From Guillardia theta CCMP2712 (taxonomy: Eukaryota > Protista > Cryptophyta): 57,561 bases of DNA. The stretch spans positions 1-57,561 of the forward strand of contig NW_005434443.1 of the NCBI RefSeq assembly GCF_000315625.1, in the 5' to 3' direction. The notes below the pieces were generated by a model. It was not told the DNA's origin. It was given only the letters and a program-made list of their open reading frames with translations, and ran no database searches. Of this stretch, positions 44,501 to 57,141 are shown piece by piece. The number at the start of each line of letters is the position of its first letter. The first letter of the stretch is position 1. The position numbers were made by a program, and so were the translations under genes.

Positions 44501-47500
44501 GGGGGCCTCTGCCTGGCAGGAAAACACCGAGATCGAGTGCTGCTGACTTGCCTGCACCAGCAACGGGGGCAGCTGGCAGGCTCTCTCGACAGCCGTTCTG
44601 TAGAACTGAGGGCCGGCAGTAGACCAACTCGTCTCTACCTTGAGATCTGACATGGCCGTGACGGTTCCAACGCAAGGCTGGTTGGCCTCGTCGGTTGCAA
44701 CAAGGAGAAAGTCAGAGATGAGGTCCCCGTGCCTGACCTTGATATCGACCTTTGAGTTCCTACACGGCAAGTCCATCTCGGATCGGGACAGAGTGAACCG
44801 TCGCGGAGATCTGCTGACTATCAGAGGCACAGACAACCGCCGATGCAGCAACGAGCCCTCAAACTCGTAGAGCAGGTCGACGTTGCTCCTCAGAGTCTTG
44901 GGAAACTCATCGGAGTCGCAGAAGTAGACGTTGTCGCAGAGCGAAGCAGGGTCGAGGGTGTTTCGGAGCGAGTCATGAAAGACGAAGCATCGGCTGGTGA
45001 TTGCGATCGGGTCGAGGTTCTGAAACCTCTCGGTAAGCGTGAGTAATCGAGGATCCTGTCTCTCGTCCGAGAAGTACCGGACACAAATCCCGACCTTCTC
45101 CATCCCTTCAACCTTGAAGATTGACTGGATCGTTGCGAGGAAGGAGCACTTGGGTCGAGTCTTCCGAGGGTCTCCGACAGCAAGCTCTTGCTCTGTGTCG
45201 AGAACAACGCAGTCACCGACTTGGAAGAAGCCATGGACCATGTGCACCGCCGCCACTGGAGTCGATTGCTGCTGCAAGATTTCCTCGAATCGCACCATGT
45301 CATCGTGAGTCACGACCGAGGGATCCTCCATCGCCCGGGCGCAGGAGAAGAGGGAGCTCGTACACGAGCTTGCAAGGCAGCAGATCCCTTTCCGCACCTC
45401 TACTGACTCCCAGTGAGTGTTATTCGCAAAGAGAAGGTCGGGGCTAGTCACAACAAGCCTTCCCTCCCGCCTCTCGCACAGATTTCCGGAGACATCTTTC
45501 AAAGTGACGTTGACAGGGGGATGGTTCGAGTAGTTGACATGCTCGGTCCAATCAGTTTCCGTGTGTATCGCAAAGGGAGCTCCGTGGGTAGCAGTGATTG
45601 AGAAATCAGACGAGATCGGAATCCCATTGCGCCTATCTCTCGCTCTGATACTGAGATTGTGTTTGCCAACTTTACAAGTAATGCGAAGATCGTAGATCTC
45701 CACTGAGTTTTCAACAAATTTCAATTTGAATGGCAGAGATTGATTCTGATTGAAAATGATATCAACTTCTGGGGAAACAGCTTTGACATCTATCAAGTTA
45801 TTGAAAGAATCCTGCAAGCAAAAAGTGATCGTGATTTTCTTTCCTATTTCAACACTGTCATTGGAGATGCCTGAAACAGAAGAGATCTTGGACATTTCTC
45901 CAGGTACAACACAAAAGGTCTTTGGCTGACAATCGAATGGAATTTCAGTGTGGTGGGGCTCAAGAGTCAAAGTGTAAGAGTCCGCGACTGTCAAAGAGTC
46001 GACAATGTGTGGTGGCCAGGCATGTTGCGATATCTCGAAAGTCTTCTCCTGCCCGCTACTCAAGGCTTTCAACGTTGCTCGGATCTTGGGATGGTACGTC
46101 ATGATGACAGCACCTTGGGAATTTTTATAGACCAGACGAGGAAATCGAATACTCCGGCTGGCTTGAACAGGTTGCTGGAGTTCAATCGAGATGGTTCTGA
46201 TAATTTGCTCGTCATTCTTCTTCTTGTACTCTTCCCATTCCGCATCAGTCAACTTCCTGAGGAAATAAGAGGAGAGCTTGAAAGATTTTACATCATTCAT
46301 CTTGTTCTTAAAGTCCAAAATTCTCAGCTCCACCTCGCCTCTTGGTTTGTTCTTGGAAAAGTGATCTTCTTGCAGAAATCTCACTATCTGCCCAACAGTC
46401 TTAGGTCCTTGCCTGGTTTCCATGAACAACTCCACGAAATCACCGGCCTGATATTTGACTTTGCACAAAGTGATTTTGTTATGCTCTGACATCTTCAATT
46501 CATGCAAGTATTTCGGATCGTTCCCCACAAAATAGACTTCCTCGTCGTGTGCCAAGTGACACTCCTTTACCCATGATTCGAAGGCCTTCTTGCGGTCCTC
46601 GAGCGCGAAGGCCTCATCCATCTTCTTGAACATCTTCTTTCCCTTGTCCAACTTCGTCTTGCTGCCATCTGGCTCGATCCCACGATCGACAAAGAGCAGC
46701 CCGAAGGTGCGTTCAAAACATCGCTTTGGAGGTTGTGAAGGGGACAAAGCCTTGTCTGGGCGCTTCATAAACTCAGGGACATACTCCTCGTATGGAAGCC
46801 AACGTCCCATCCAGAACGTCATGAAATGCCTGTTCTCGGTGCATGGATGCTTGTGCAGTTTGTCCACTCGAGGGACCGTGTTCTCATGGTTGACATATGG
46901 GAAGTAGAAGACGGCGCCTGTGACAATGATGGGACATTCTGGGTCTTCTTCATCTTCGATCCTGAGGTATATCGGAAAGCAATCCTTTGCTTGATCACCC
47001 AGGACAGTGTTCAGGCAACAATCCAAGTCCACTAGATTGTAGCTTCTTTCAATCTCCTGGTAGATGACTGAAAAACTGACGTCGATCTGACTGTAGTTTG
47101 AGTTCTCCACGCTAGTGTAACTTCGCATCATCTGTTTTAGACTGTCCATGTCTCCTTGCAACGCGCTCGCTATCGTGCCGATAAGAGGTTCAGTCGGACT
47201 CATCAAACACGATTGACCCGCCTCCATCGAGACCTTTTCTGCAAACCTCTTCGCTCCTGTCTTTTCCCTGCCCAAGTACATGAAATAAATTCCCAGCAAG
47301 TTCCTCAGACAGACGTCGAAGGATTCCTGCGAAAAAGGCCGATCGCTCCCGGCAAAAAAGTGATTCTTGAAGCCTTCAATCTCAATCTTACAGAAGCTCG
47401 ACCCTGCAAGTTCATGGGTATCGCAGGACCTGACCTTCTCCACGGCTTGCCAGGCTGTCTTCTTGAACTCTTCCACCATCCGCACAACCACGCTGTTCCT

Positions 47501-48438
47501 GGTCTTGCTGCTGATGACATATCTCTCCCCAAGAGCATTGCAAGCTACTTTGGAGCCCCACCCGTAGCGGCAAAAAGTCCCGCACAAGTAGCGCTTGAGG
47601 GACGCGCAATGCGGGTTGTAAGACCCATTGGAAGAGTCTTGACCAGATCCGATGACAAGCATCTCTTTGGGATCCGCACATCCCACCCCGTTGTCCTCGA
47701 TGACCAAAGTGCCTTCATCCAGGTTGAGCTTGCACTGGATTTTCCTGACGTCGACTTCTGTGTTGAGGAGCACGTACTGTATGCAGTTATCGAAGATCTC
47801 TCCGATGGCAATCAAGAAGGACGCGTTGGCTATCATACTCTCAATGGTTCTGTTCTTCTTTGGTGTCGTATCTATTATCGACGAGCATTGGAACTTCACA
47901 TTGTCTGCAAGTGTACCCAAGTTACTACACATCGCAATCCGCTCGCATCCATCCACACTCACCTTTCAGCAGCAGCAGCCTGCATGGCCCACTGCAAATG
48001 TCCAAGTTGAACGCGCATATTTCTGATCCAATCTCGCTGTCTTTGCATAACCTTAGCGCCTGCTCAGCCATCAGTCAAATTTGAGAAAGAGCAGGAGCAG
48101 GAGCAAGAGGAGCAGCAGAAGCAGAAGCAGGAGAAGGAGAAGGAGAAGGAGAAGGAGAAGGAGAAGGAGAAGGAGAAGGAGAAGGAGGACAGGGACTCAA
48201 GAATTGTCACCGATGGGGAATCATTCAGCTTGAGCTTATTTATCAAGTGCCTGATTAAGTCTTCACTGCTACCAAATGCTTTCATGTCGTCATGGCTGAA
48301 GGAGATGACGTTTCTGATGAGATCCACGGTCATGAGTGCAAAGTGCATGGAGAAAACATTTCACCTCGAAGGCTGTTCCCCTTGGCGGTTCTCTTGCAAG
48401 ATGCATTCATCAACATAAACCACAATCTCGGCAGCCAT
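41545..48438 (-). CDS. SMCHD1: SMCHD1/GMI1-like protein: GHKL ATPase, transducer, BAH-like domains, Ig-like linker, SMC hinge
   Basis: GHKL: GEIFDNCIQ, IEDNGVG, FCRYGWGSK. SMCHD1-type FYFPY...TVP and FWMGRWLPY. Hinge-like region DVLGCVASLFVV...RHFFGKLILFE flanked by coiled coil (41886-43283). First and last exons are inferred from splice signals. Confidence 0.8.
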
Positions 48439-48539
48439 TTCCGAAGCAAAGAGAAGGACAGAGTCGGAGCTAGGAGCAAACAAGTGTACAGAAGGAGGAG
48501 AGTTGTGCCAAGTGGAACAGAGAATGAGGCTAGAGGAAC

Positions 48540-48810
48540 GGAGGAAGGAGAAGGAGAAGGAGAAGGAGAAGGGGGATCAGGAGCAGGTGGAGCAGGTGCA
48601 GGCGCAGGAGGAGCAGGATTAGGAGGAGCAGGTGGAGCAGGAGCAGGTGGAGCAGGAGCAGGAGGAGCAGGAGCAGAAGGAGCAGATGGTGCAGATGGAG
48701 CAGATGGAGCAGGAGCAAGAGCAGGTGGGGCAGGAGCAGGTGGGGCAGGAGCAGGTGGAGGAGCAGGAGCAGGTGGAGGGGCAGGAGCAGGTGGAGGAGC
48801 AGGAGGGGAG
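48540..48810. repeat. (GGAGCA/GGAGCAGGT)n low-complexity repeat
   Basis: Read directly. Lies upstream of the SMCHD1-like gene. Confidence 0.9.
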
Positions 48811-49690
48811 GTGTGCGGATGGGGAGGATGGAGGTTGGACGAGGAAGACGGGGAACTAGGAAACTAAATAGCAAACAAGTTCGTGGCTGCCCAGTACAGA
48901 AGGGGGTGGGGTACTAGATCTTGTTGGTACGGGTGATATAAACACATCCAACGTTGTTCGATCAGGGGTGGGGTATACCAACTGGTACCGGTAGTGGAGA
49001 GGACGCTGGAGTACTCCAGTACAAATATACTGTATATTTCTGGTACAGAATAACTAAAACATTTTAAAATTCGTACAATTTTGTGGGAATAAGATAAAAC
49101 TTTAGAATAGTTTACATATATATAATAATAAAATATTACCGGAAACTGTTACAAAACGCAGTACAATTTGTCCTGATACAAGACGCGGCGTCATCGGGCC
49201 ATCAAGATAGCTGAATGTGGCGGCCATGGAAAGCAGCATGGAAGGAGACACTTGGCGGGAGGGAGCGAGGAGGGAGATAGAGGAAGAAGCAAGGAAGGAG
49301 GGAGATGGAAGATGAAAGAGGAGATATGGAAGGGAAGAAGATGGGAGACGGCCGAGTTGAAATGGGAGGGAAGTTTGTGGTAAGATGGGGGTAAGAGTGT
49401 GTAAGTAATCTGTGAGAGGGATTATGAACAACAATATGTAAGAATGATTGTTGAGGCAGCGATCAACAGGATTCTTGAATATATGAAGGAGGAGGAGAAG
49501 ATCTACAGTGAAAAATGTGTTGACGTGTTCGCTCTTAACACGTGGGCCCCCAGGGTTCGACTGCTGAGGTCGCATAGAACAAACGGCACAGACCTTTTCC
49601 CCTCTCCCTCTCCTCTTCCTCCTTCTCACAAGTAGCTCGGCCAGCACATCATTCTTCAAGAGTTTTCCTCCCCCTCCTTCATCATCCGCC

Positions 49691-50538
49691 ATGAGCAGCA
49701 CTGTTGCTCCCGACGGGTTTGAGCTGGTGAATCCTTTCCTCCCTTTCTCGTGCGCTAACGCCGGAGCTGCAGGATGACGTTCAGGTGGAGGCGCTAAAGG
49801 AGCATGGAGTCATCGGGGCTGACAACCGCTGCCTCTGCTGCGGGAAGAGGAAGGAGGAGATGAAGACGTGTGCTACCTGCCGGCGAGTGCAATATTGCTC
49901 CACGAGATGTCGGGGAAGGGACCAGGAGCGACATGACAAGGTCTGCCCGTGGCTCCAGAAGTGCAAGGTCGAAGACGAGATGGCGGAGAGAGGATGGGGA
50001 CTTCTGCATGACGCCGACAAGCTCTCGAAGCTGCGATCGCTCCTCGAGAAGTCCCCGGCGCTGCTGGACTCTGACCAGCTCCCGTCGTCGCTCACCTGGA
50101 GGAGGTGGAAGGAGTTGAAGAGTATCAGCAGCAAGCTGCTGGACGACGAAGGCTGCACGCTCCTCAGCGCTCCTCTCACCCTCCTCCTTGTCCTCTCCCA
50201 GCACGAGGCCCTGCAAGAGCGGCTGGTCCGGACGAGGAAACAGAAGTTGGTCGTCCACATACCGGGCGCGAGCTCCATCGAGAGCTCCGTCCCTTCCTTC
50301 GTCTGGAGGGACGTCGCCCGCCCCTACCAGCTGGAGGTCCACCTGGTCGGGCCCCAGCTGTCAAAGTCTGCGGTTGACACGGAGGTTGTCAAGCATCACG
50401 CGTGCTCCTACGAGACCTTCTGCCAGCAGAACCCCAAGAGCCAGCCCGACCTTCTGCTGGGCTTCAACATGGGACTCTCCTGCCCCGACTACAGCTGGGG
50501 GGAAGCGATGGAAGCTATGTGGAGACACGCGTCGCCGA

Positions 50539-50601
<63 letters not shown>

Positions 50602-50814
50602 TTCCGATGGCGTTGACTACCGCTTCCTACATGGAGCTGCTGGAGGAGATCGCGATCCTGGAGGAGGAGGGTCACTTCCGCCTGCTGTCTGCTACCGAGA
50701 ACCCGATGTGCTGGCCCGTGTGCCTTCAGAGCGGGACGGTTGCGTCTGACGTCTACCACAAGAGCCGGTGGATAGCCCTCGGTGTGGTGGAGGGGAGGGG
50801 AAAGAGGAAGCGAC

Positions 50815-50851
<37 letters not shown>

Positions 50852-50987
50852 AGGAAAAGTGAAGAAGGTGGCAAGAGGGTCGGGGAAGGGCAAGAAGCAG
50901 GAGGAAGGGAGGAAAGGGAACAAGGGGAAGAGGGTCAGGTCACGACCTCCCCGCTCAGAGAAGAAGAAAACAAAGAAATTTCGTTAG
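49691..50987 (+). CDS. MYND zinc-finger protein with an MSS51-like C-terminal domain
   Basis: CLCC...CATCRRVQYCSTRCRGRDQERHDKVC (MYND). VVHIPGAS, VHLVGPQL, PDLLLGFNMGL, ENP. A short first exon from ATG 49691 splices in frame. Confidence 0.8.
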
Positions 50988-51034
50988 GATGAACATTACA
51001 GCCTGTACTCCCCCCCTCCGCCCCCTTCTGGACT

Positions 51035-54000
51035 TCAGCTCGGGACGAGCTTCGATCCCTCCTTGCTGTCAACCACGCTGTAGCCCTGTTTTGTTACCGT
51101 GTCAGTCCAGCTGTCAACCTCCCTCACCCCACCCGCTACCTCAGCTGCGATGAGGTCGCGGATCTCGTCAGCTCGTTTGAAATCTTTTTTCGCCTTTGCC
51201 TGCGCCTCCGGTCAGCACCAGCTGTCTCCGACCTCGCTACCTCCAGTCGCTCTTCCAGAAGCTTCTGCAGGTGAGAAGGAGCCTCCGCTGCCCCGTCTCC
51301 TCCCTCAGAATCAGCTGGGGCCGTGCCGGGGACTTCATAGAAGACGCCCAGCACCTGGCTAGGGTGTCAAACTCGCTGCCAACATGACAAGCACGCTGGT
51401 CAGACCCTGTCAATCTCCTCGAGCGTCTCGAGTGCCAACTTTGCGCCCTCCTTGTCAATCTGCTCGCAGCTTGTCAAAGGAGGTCAAGGCAGCTGACCGT
51501 TCTGCTGGGGCTGACCTGGTCAGTGTTGAGCAGCTTCTCTGTGGACTTGATGAAAGTGAAAAGTGCAGCACATGCGCGGGGAGTGTTGAGATCATCCATC
51601 ATGCCCTGCGGCAACCGATGTCAGCGGCCCTCCTTCCCTTCCTCCTCCCCTTGCTTCTCCTTCCCTCCCTCTTATCCTCCCTCCAATCCTCCACTTTTCT
51701 GATCTCCTCTCCTCTCGCCCTTCTCTCCTCTCCTCTCCTCTCCTCTCCTCTCTCCACCTCACTTTCGATTCTCTCCCATCCTCTCCTCTCCTCTCACGCT
51801 CCCATGGCCCGCATCTCATCCCTCCCTCCACCTCCTCTCACTGCTTTCACCTGTTCAAAGTCGCTCCTGCACTTCTTCGCCATCTCCTCAATCGATTGTC
51901 CACCTGCCGCTCAGCTCAACTCCAGCTGACTCCCACCAACACTCACCAGACTCCATCGAGACTTCGAGCAGCCGATTTCTCCACCTGCAGACTTTCAGCT
52001 CTCTCCTCTGCCTCCTCCTCCATCCTGTTGTCCTCCCATCTCCCTCCTTCTGCTGCTTCCTCCTTCTCCCTCCTCCTCCTCTTTCCCCGTCCTCGTTCCT
52101 CTCCTACTTGTCCAGACGCTTCAACGTGTTCCTTGCTCCTTGCAGCACGTCGGGGGCAAAGTTGAGAGCAGCGCGATACTGCGAGGAGACAACCTGCGAG
52201 GGATAAGGAGAAGGGAAGACGCGAGTTGAGAGGAAAGAGCAGAGCAGAGCAGAGCAGAGCAGAGCAGAGCAGAGCAGAGCAGAGCAGAAGACAAGAGGGA
52301 GGGAGGAGGGCAAAGGGGAGGGAGGAGGAGGGATCAACCAGGTATCTGAAGGCTCGACAATCGTTGGGGTCCTTGAAAGCTTCTCGCAACGTGAGGAAAT
52401 TCCCTGAGGAGCAGGTCAGCTGGTCTGTGAGCCCGGACCCAGCTCAAGTCCAGCTGGACTCACCCAGACTTTTGCTCATCTTCTCGTTGTTGATGTTGAC
52501 AAATCCGTTATGGACCCAGTAACGGCAGTACTGACAACCGCAATACGCCTCGCTCTGCCCAGTTCATTAGAACCATCGCCTTCCTCTCTGCTCTTCCTAC
52601 TGCTGCTCATCGCCCTCCTACTGCTACTCATCGCCCTCCTACTGCTACTCATCGTCCTCCTGCCCCTGCCCCTGCCCCTGCCCCTGCCTCTGCTCCATAT
52701 TCCCTTGCCCGCAAATCTCCTTCCTCCCTCCGTCTGATTCACATGCCCTCCCTCCATCATCCTCTCCCTCGCACTGCACGACGACTTCTCCGAGGCACTC
52801 GAAACAAGAGCAAGAGGTAGACCTGAGCGATCTCGTTCTCATGGTGAGGAAAGGTCAAATCGACTCCTCCCGCGTGAATATCAAAGGAGTCGCCTGCATA
52901 CGCACATCGGTCAGGACGACAAGACGGAAATCAACGAGGAGGAGGAATAGGAGGCAGAGAAGGAGGAGGAGGAGGAGGAGGAGGAGGAGGACGAGGACGA
53001 GGAGGAGGAGGACGAGGAGGAGGACGAGGAGGACGAGGAGGACGAGGAGGACGAGGAGGACGAGGAGGACGAGGAGAAGGAGAAGGAGAAGGAGCACTCA
53101 TCCACCGAGATACCGACGACTCATCGCACTGCATTCAATATGCCATCCAGGTCGACCTGCCAACCAACATAGTAAAACCACCACACCCACCGCCACACCC
53201 ACCTCCTCCTCCGCCGCCACCTCCGCCACCTCCACCTCCTATTCCTCGTATCTCCTTCTTTCCTGACCTTTGCTCAACTTGGTCTCCCATGTAACTTCAC
53301 CATCCTCTGGCTTGTAGGCCTTCCAGAGTGCAAAGTCCTTGCTGAAAATCAAGAATGAGCACTTTCTTCCTCTTCCCTCCCTCCCTCCCTCCCTCCCTCC
53401 CCTGCTCCCTCCTCTTTTGTAATCCCCCCATTCAGTTTTTCTCTCGTTTCCCTTCTTTCCTCCTCGTCCACTCCTCCCTCCTCTTCCCCTCTTCCTAGAA
53501 ACGAACCTGCTCTTCTTTTCAAAACCCTCCCTGTCAGTGATTCCTCCTCCTTCCGATGCCCCATCCTGAAATAGCTTGTGTAAGTACAATCACCACCACC
53601 ACCACCACCACCACCACCACCACCACCAGCATCATCATCATCATCAGCAGCAGCAGCAGCAGCATCATTAGAAACGTCACCATCATGTTGTCAAAGTCAA
53701 GTCTTGCAAGTTTTCCATAATCAGGAAAGCTCGACACGTCGAAGTAGTAAGATCCATCCTTCTCATACGCGTTCCCCTGATCTCAAGTCAACCACCAACA
53801 CAAGAGGCTAGATGTGGAGAACCTTCTGAACAAGCCCGTTGATCATCTCAACAATGTCGTCAATGTGCTCTGTTGCTCGAGGGTACTTCCTCGCTGGGAT
53901 GATATTCAGCCTCTTCAGGTCCTGTCGATCATAAAAGTCAGTCAAAGTTCGTCTCAACCAGTCGAAGGCAGTTCTGCCTCACATCGAAGAAAGCATCAGC

Positions 54001-54666
54001 GAACTTCTCTGTCAGCTCCTTCAGTCCCACGTTGTCTCTCTTCATCCTTTGAATGATCTTGTCGTCCACGTCTGTCAAGTTGCAGATATGGTCCACGTCG
54101 TATCCACAATACAACAACCAGCGTTTCAGAACGTCGTACGTCAGGAAAGCTCTGAAGTTTCCGATGTGGGCAAAGTCGTAGATGGTGGGCCCGCAGGTGT
54201 ACATCTTCACTGTCTTTCCGTCCTCGCACATCGGCTCGAACGTCTCCTTATCTCTCGACAGCGTGTTGTAGATCTTGAACCCCTTGAGCACCTCCCCAAC
54301 CCTCCCGCCCCCGACCGCTGCTGAGGCTCCGCGCTGCTGCATGCTCCATCGTGGAAGCAACGGTGACTTCCTGGCCTGTCCGTGCCTGGTCATAGACAGC
54401 GACCATGATGAAGATTTCTTGAGCGGTAAACTCGCGCCCCTTGCATTCTTCAGGTGTCCGCAGTGTGAGCCCGCCGTAGCGAAGGCCGGCATGGAGTTGA
54501 ACCATGGCCCTGCAGCATTCGAGCTGATAGGGTAGGACGAGGGAGAGGACGAGGATGCTGTGTTCTTCCAGGAGAGCATCGTCGCCGCCTGCATGTTCTC
54601 GTGCCATCTCGCTCCCTCCACCAGCGACGCCCCCATGGCTACCAGGAGCAGCGCCCCGACTGCCAT
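51035..54666 (-). CDS. cysS: Cysteinyl-tRNA synthetase, organellar type with N-terminal signal and transit peptide, multi-exon
   Basis: [18 protein letters not shown] (HIGH motif), [58 protein letters not shown]. Confidence 0.93.
52960..53093. repeat. Intronic (GGA/CGA)n microsatellite in the CysRS gene
   Basis: Read directly. Lies after the exon encoding GWHIECSAM and before the one encoding FPHHENE. Confidence 0.9.
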
Positions 54667-55419
54667 TGTCAGACCCCTGGCACAGCAGGTACATGGGGTA
54701 CTATTTTTACCCCCACCAACTCATTGTGCTACCCCACCATACAAAGACCAGATCAATTTTCCAGCATTGTTGGGTACTTCATTTACCCCTACCCTACATA
54801 ATTTAACCCCTACCCTACTGATTGTATTTTCCGTCACAGAAGGGGTGGTGGCCTCCTTTGTGTGTTTTAACATCTAGCATGTGAGCACGGTGTTGCCCGT
54901 TATTTACAAGTCGTCAGTGAACGTACTACGGTAAACCAGTCCTGTGCCATGTGCCGCCCGTCACACGCCGCTGGGTCAATGCCGGCACAGGGGAGACCAG
55001 TGAAGTAGGGTGTCTGTCAAAGCCGGGCAATAAGCCGCTGCCCGGCGAGTCTGGGGCCGGGCGGCGAGCTGAGCGGCTGCCCGGCCGCTGTCCTCCGACT
55101 CAGAGCCGAGTCACGCGGCCTCACCAACTTATCAAGTTTACTGATGAGTGGCCTACAAGGCTCCGAAGCTGAGCTGGCAGCAGTGGCTCGCGGGCCAGGG
55201 GCGGCCGGGCCCGGCGGCCGCCGGGCCCGGTCTCAGAGTCTGACTCGACTCGCGAGTAATGACCAGGGCCACCAGGGTGAACCGTCTACTTGAAGATAGG
55301 TGGGGGGGTAGTAGGTACCTTGCCGCAAGTGGGGACTCCGTGGGGTGGGGTCGCTACTCGATAGGCGAGGCTATTTCGAGGGTAGGGGGTCATGTTACTA
55401 AAGCGACCGTTAGCACAAA

Positions 55420-55704
55420 ATGAGATGAGATGAGATGAGATGAGATGAGATGAGATGAGATGAGATGAGATGAGGTGAGATGAGATGAGGTGAGATGAGG
55501 TGAGATGAGGTGAGATGAGGTGAGATGAGATGAGGTGAGGTGAGATGAGATGAGATGAGATGAGATGAGGTGAGATGAGATGAGATGAGGTGAGATGAGG
55601 TGAGGTGAGATGAGATGAGACGAGATGAGGTGAGATGAGATGGGATGAGATGGGATGGGGTGAGATGAGATGAGATGAGATGAGATGGGATGGGATGGGA
55701 TGGG
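55420..55704. repeat. Pentanucleotide satellite (TGAGA/TGAGG/TGGGA)n
   Basis: About 57 units read directly. Confidence 0.97.
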
Positions 55705-55842
55705 TGGAGCAAGAGCATTCATCAAGTCCATCTGATCATTGTTTACAGGAGACACATTGAAAGGGAAGGATTTGATTGCTTGCATGTCTGTTCATATTGA
55801 GAGCTCTCACAATTCCAACATCTGTCAACTTGCTATTCCACC

Positions 55843-57141
55843 ATGAAGGAGGCAGAGAATGCTGCAAACTCTGACGCTGCCAGGAAGACGGAATGGAAGT
55901 CAAGAAAAAGCGACCGGCTGGTCAGAGCAGAGCTCGTGCTCAACGGGCTCAAGACGGATTTCCTGCAGCAGTTCAGAAAGATAGAGAAGCAGAGAGAGTC
56001 GCATGCGATACGAGAGAAGCAGATAAGAAACGAGTACTTCTTCAAGCGCAGAAATTTACAAGTCCAGCACGAGCTGGCGACCAAGGGCAACAAGCCTGTC
56101 ACTCGGTGGAAGAAGGAGGAGGTTCCTGTGCAGAAGGACCCTGAGCCAGTCTTCCAGCACAAGCTGTTTGTTCCTCGCCTGAAGCTTGACGCTAGACTGC
56201 ATGATTGGCAGCAAAGTAACATGGAGAGCACGGCAGCAGAGGAGGAGGCTCCCGTGCGCTACATCGACTCGATCCGATCGCAGGTGACGCGGGTGGAGGT
56301 GTCGCAGGAGGAGAGGGCGAGGCTGCTGGCCATGGGAGCAACGACAGCCCGAGACGAGGGAGGAGAGAACGTTGCGCTGGCGACTTTCACCGCTCCTCAT
56401 TGGACCTCGTTGCTGACCAAGTCCTGGAACGTGACGTCGGCAGGGAGCGTAAGACCGCAGACGACACGAGACCCTCCTGCTGGTTCAGCCAGCTCCAGGT
56501 GGCTACCGACGAGAGCCCTGACGTCTCGGTCCGAGCAGCGGAGCAGGAGCCATGCGTCGGCGCTGCTTGCGGCCGAGAGGGCAACCAACGAGCTGTACAT
56601 GGTGCTTAACGACATGAACCAGCGGTCGTTGCGGAGATCTTTGAGCGGCGACTCGTTGACGGGAAGCCGAAGCCCGATGATGGACCCGGTAGCTGTCCGG
56701 GGGGAGAGGAGCCGGCCGACGGAGAAGACCAAGATTCCGTCGACGAGCAAGAGGGAGGCAGAAGGGCAGAGGAGACTGGAGGACAAGAGGGAGAAGGAGG
56801 AGCAGGAGGAGGTGGAGGAGCAGGAGGAGGGGCAGGAGGAGGAGCAGGACGGGTTTGAGATGGTACACGCAACGAAGTTTGACGAGCTCAAGATTGTCGG
56901 CTCCTTCCCCAAGTTCTCCAGCAGCAACCCACGAGCTGGGAAGAACGTCAAGGGGGATCACAGCCGGAAGGCTCGTCCAGCTACGAACAAGCCAGTCAAC
57001 CGGTTGAAAGCGAGGACAAGAACTGCTCCTGCTAGGTGCTGCTGCTTGCTTACTTCCTTGCTGCAACCCCTCTCCCTCCCCCTCCCCCCCCCCTTCTCGC
57101 CCCCGTATCGTTGCTGCTGCTGGGCTTGTGTGAGGCACTGA
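55843..57141 (+). CDS. Hypothetical charged, low-complexity protein; probably continues by splicing
   Basis: 432-aa ORF with an ATG start and plausible composition. The 3' part looks intronic (GT near 57035). Confidence 0.55.
   Translation: MKEAENAANSDAARKTEWKSRKSDRLVRAELVLNGLKTDFLQQFRKIEKQRESHAIREKQIRNEYFFKRRNLQVQHELATKGNKPVTRWKKEEVPVQKDPEPVFQHKLFVPRLKLDARLHDWQQSNMESTAAEEEAPVRYIDSIRSQVTRVEVSQEERARLLAMGATTARDEGGENVALATFTAPHWTSLLTKSWNVTSAGSVRPQTTRDPPAGSASSRWLPTRALTSRSEQRSRSHASALLAAERATNELYMVLNDMNQRSLRRSLSGDSLTGSRSPMMDPVAVRGERSRPTEKTKIPSTSKREAEGQRRLEDKREKEEQEEVEEQEEGQEEEQDGFEMVHATKFDELKIVGSFPKFSSSNPRAGKNVKGDHSRKARPATNKPVNRLKARTRTAPARCCCLLTSLLQPLSLPLPPPFSPPYRCCCWACVRH

Noticed and set aside
48292-48874. 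Gly/Ala-rich, Leu-rich or Glu/Gln-rich ORFs here and at 52841-53266, 55390-55785 and 56503-57536
   Set aside because: They are translations of simple repeats in several frames, with no evidence of coding.
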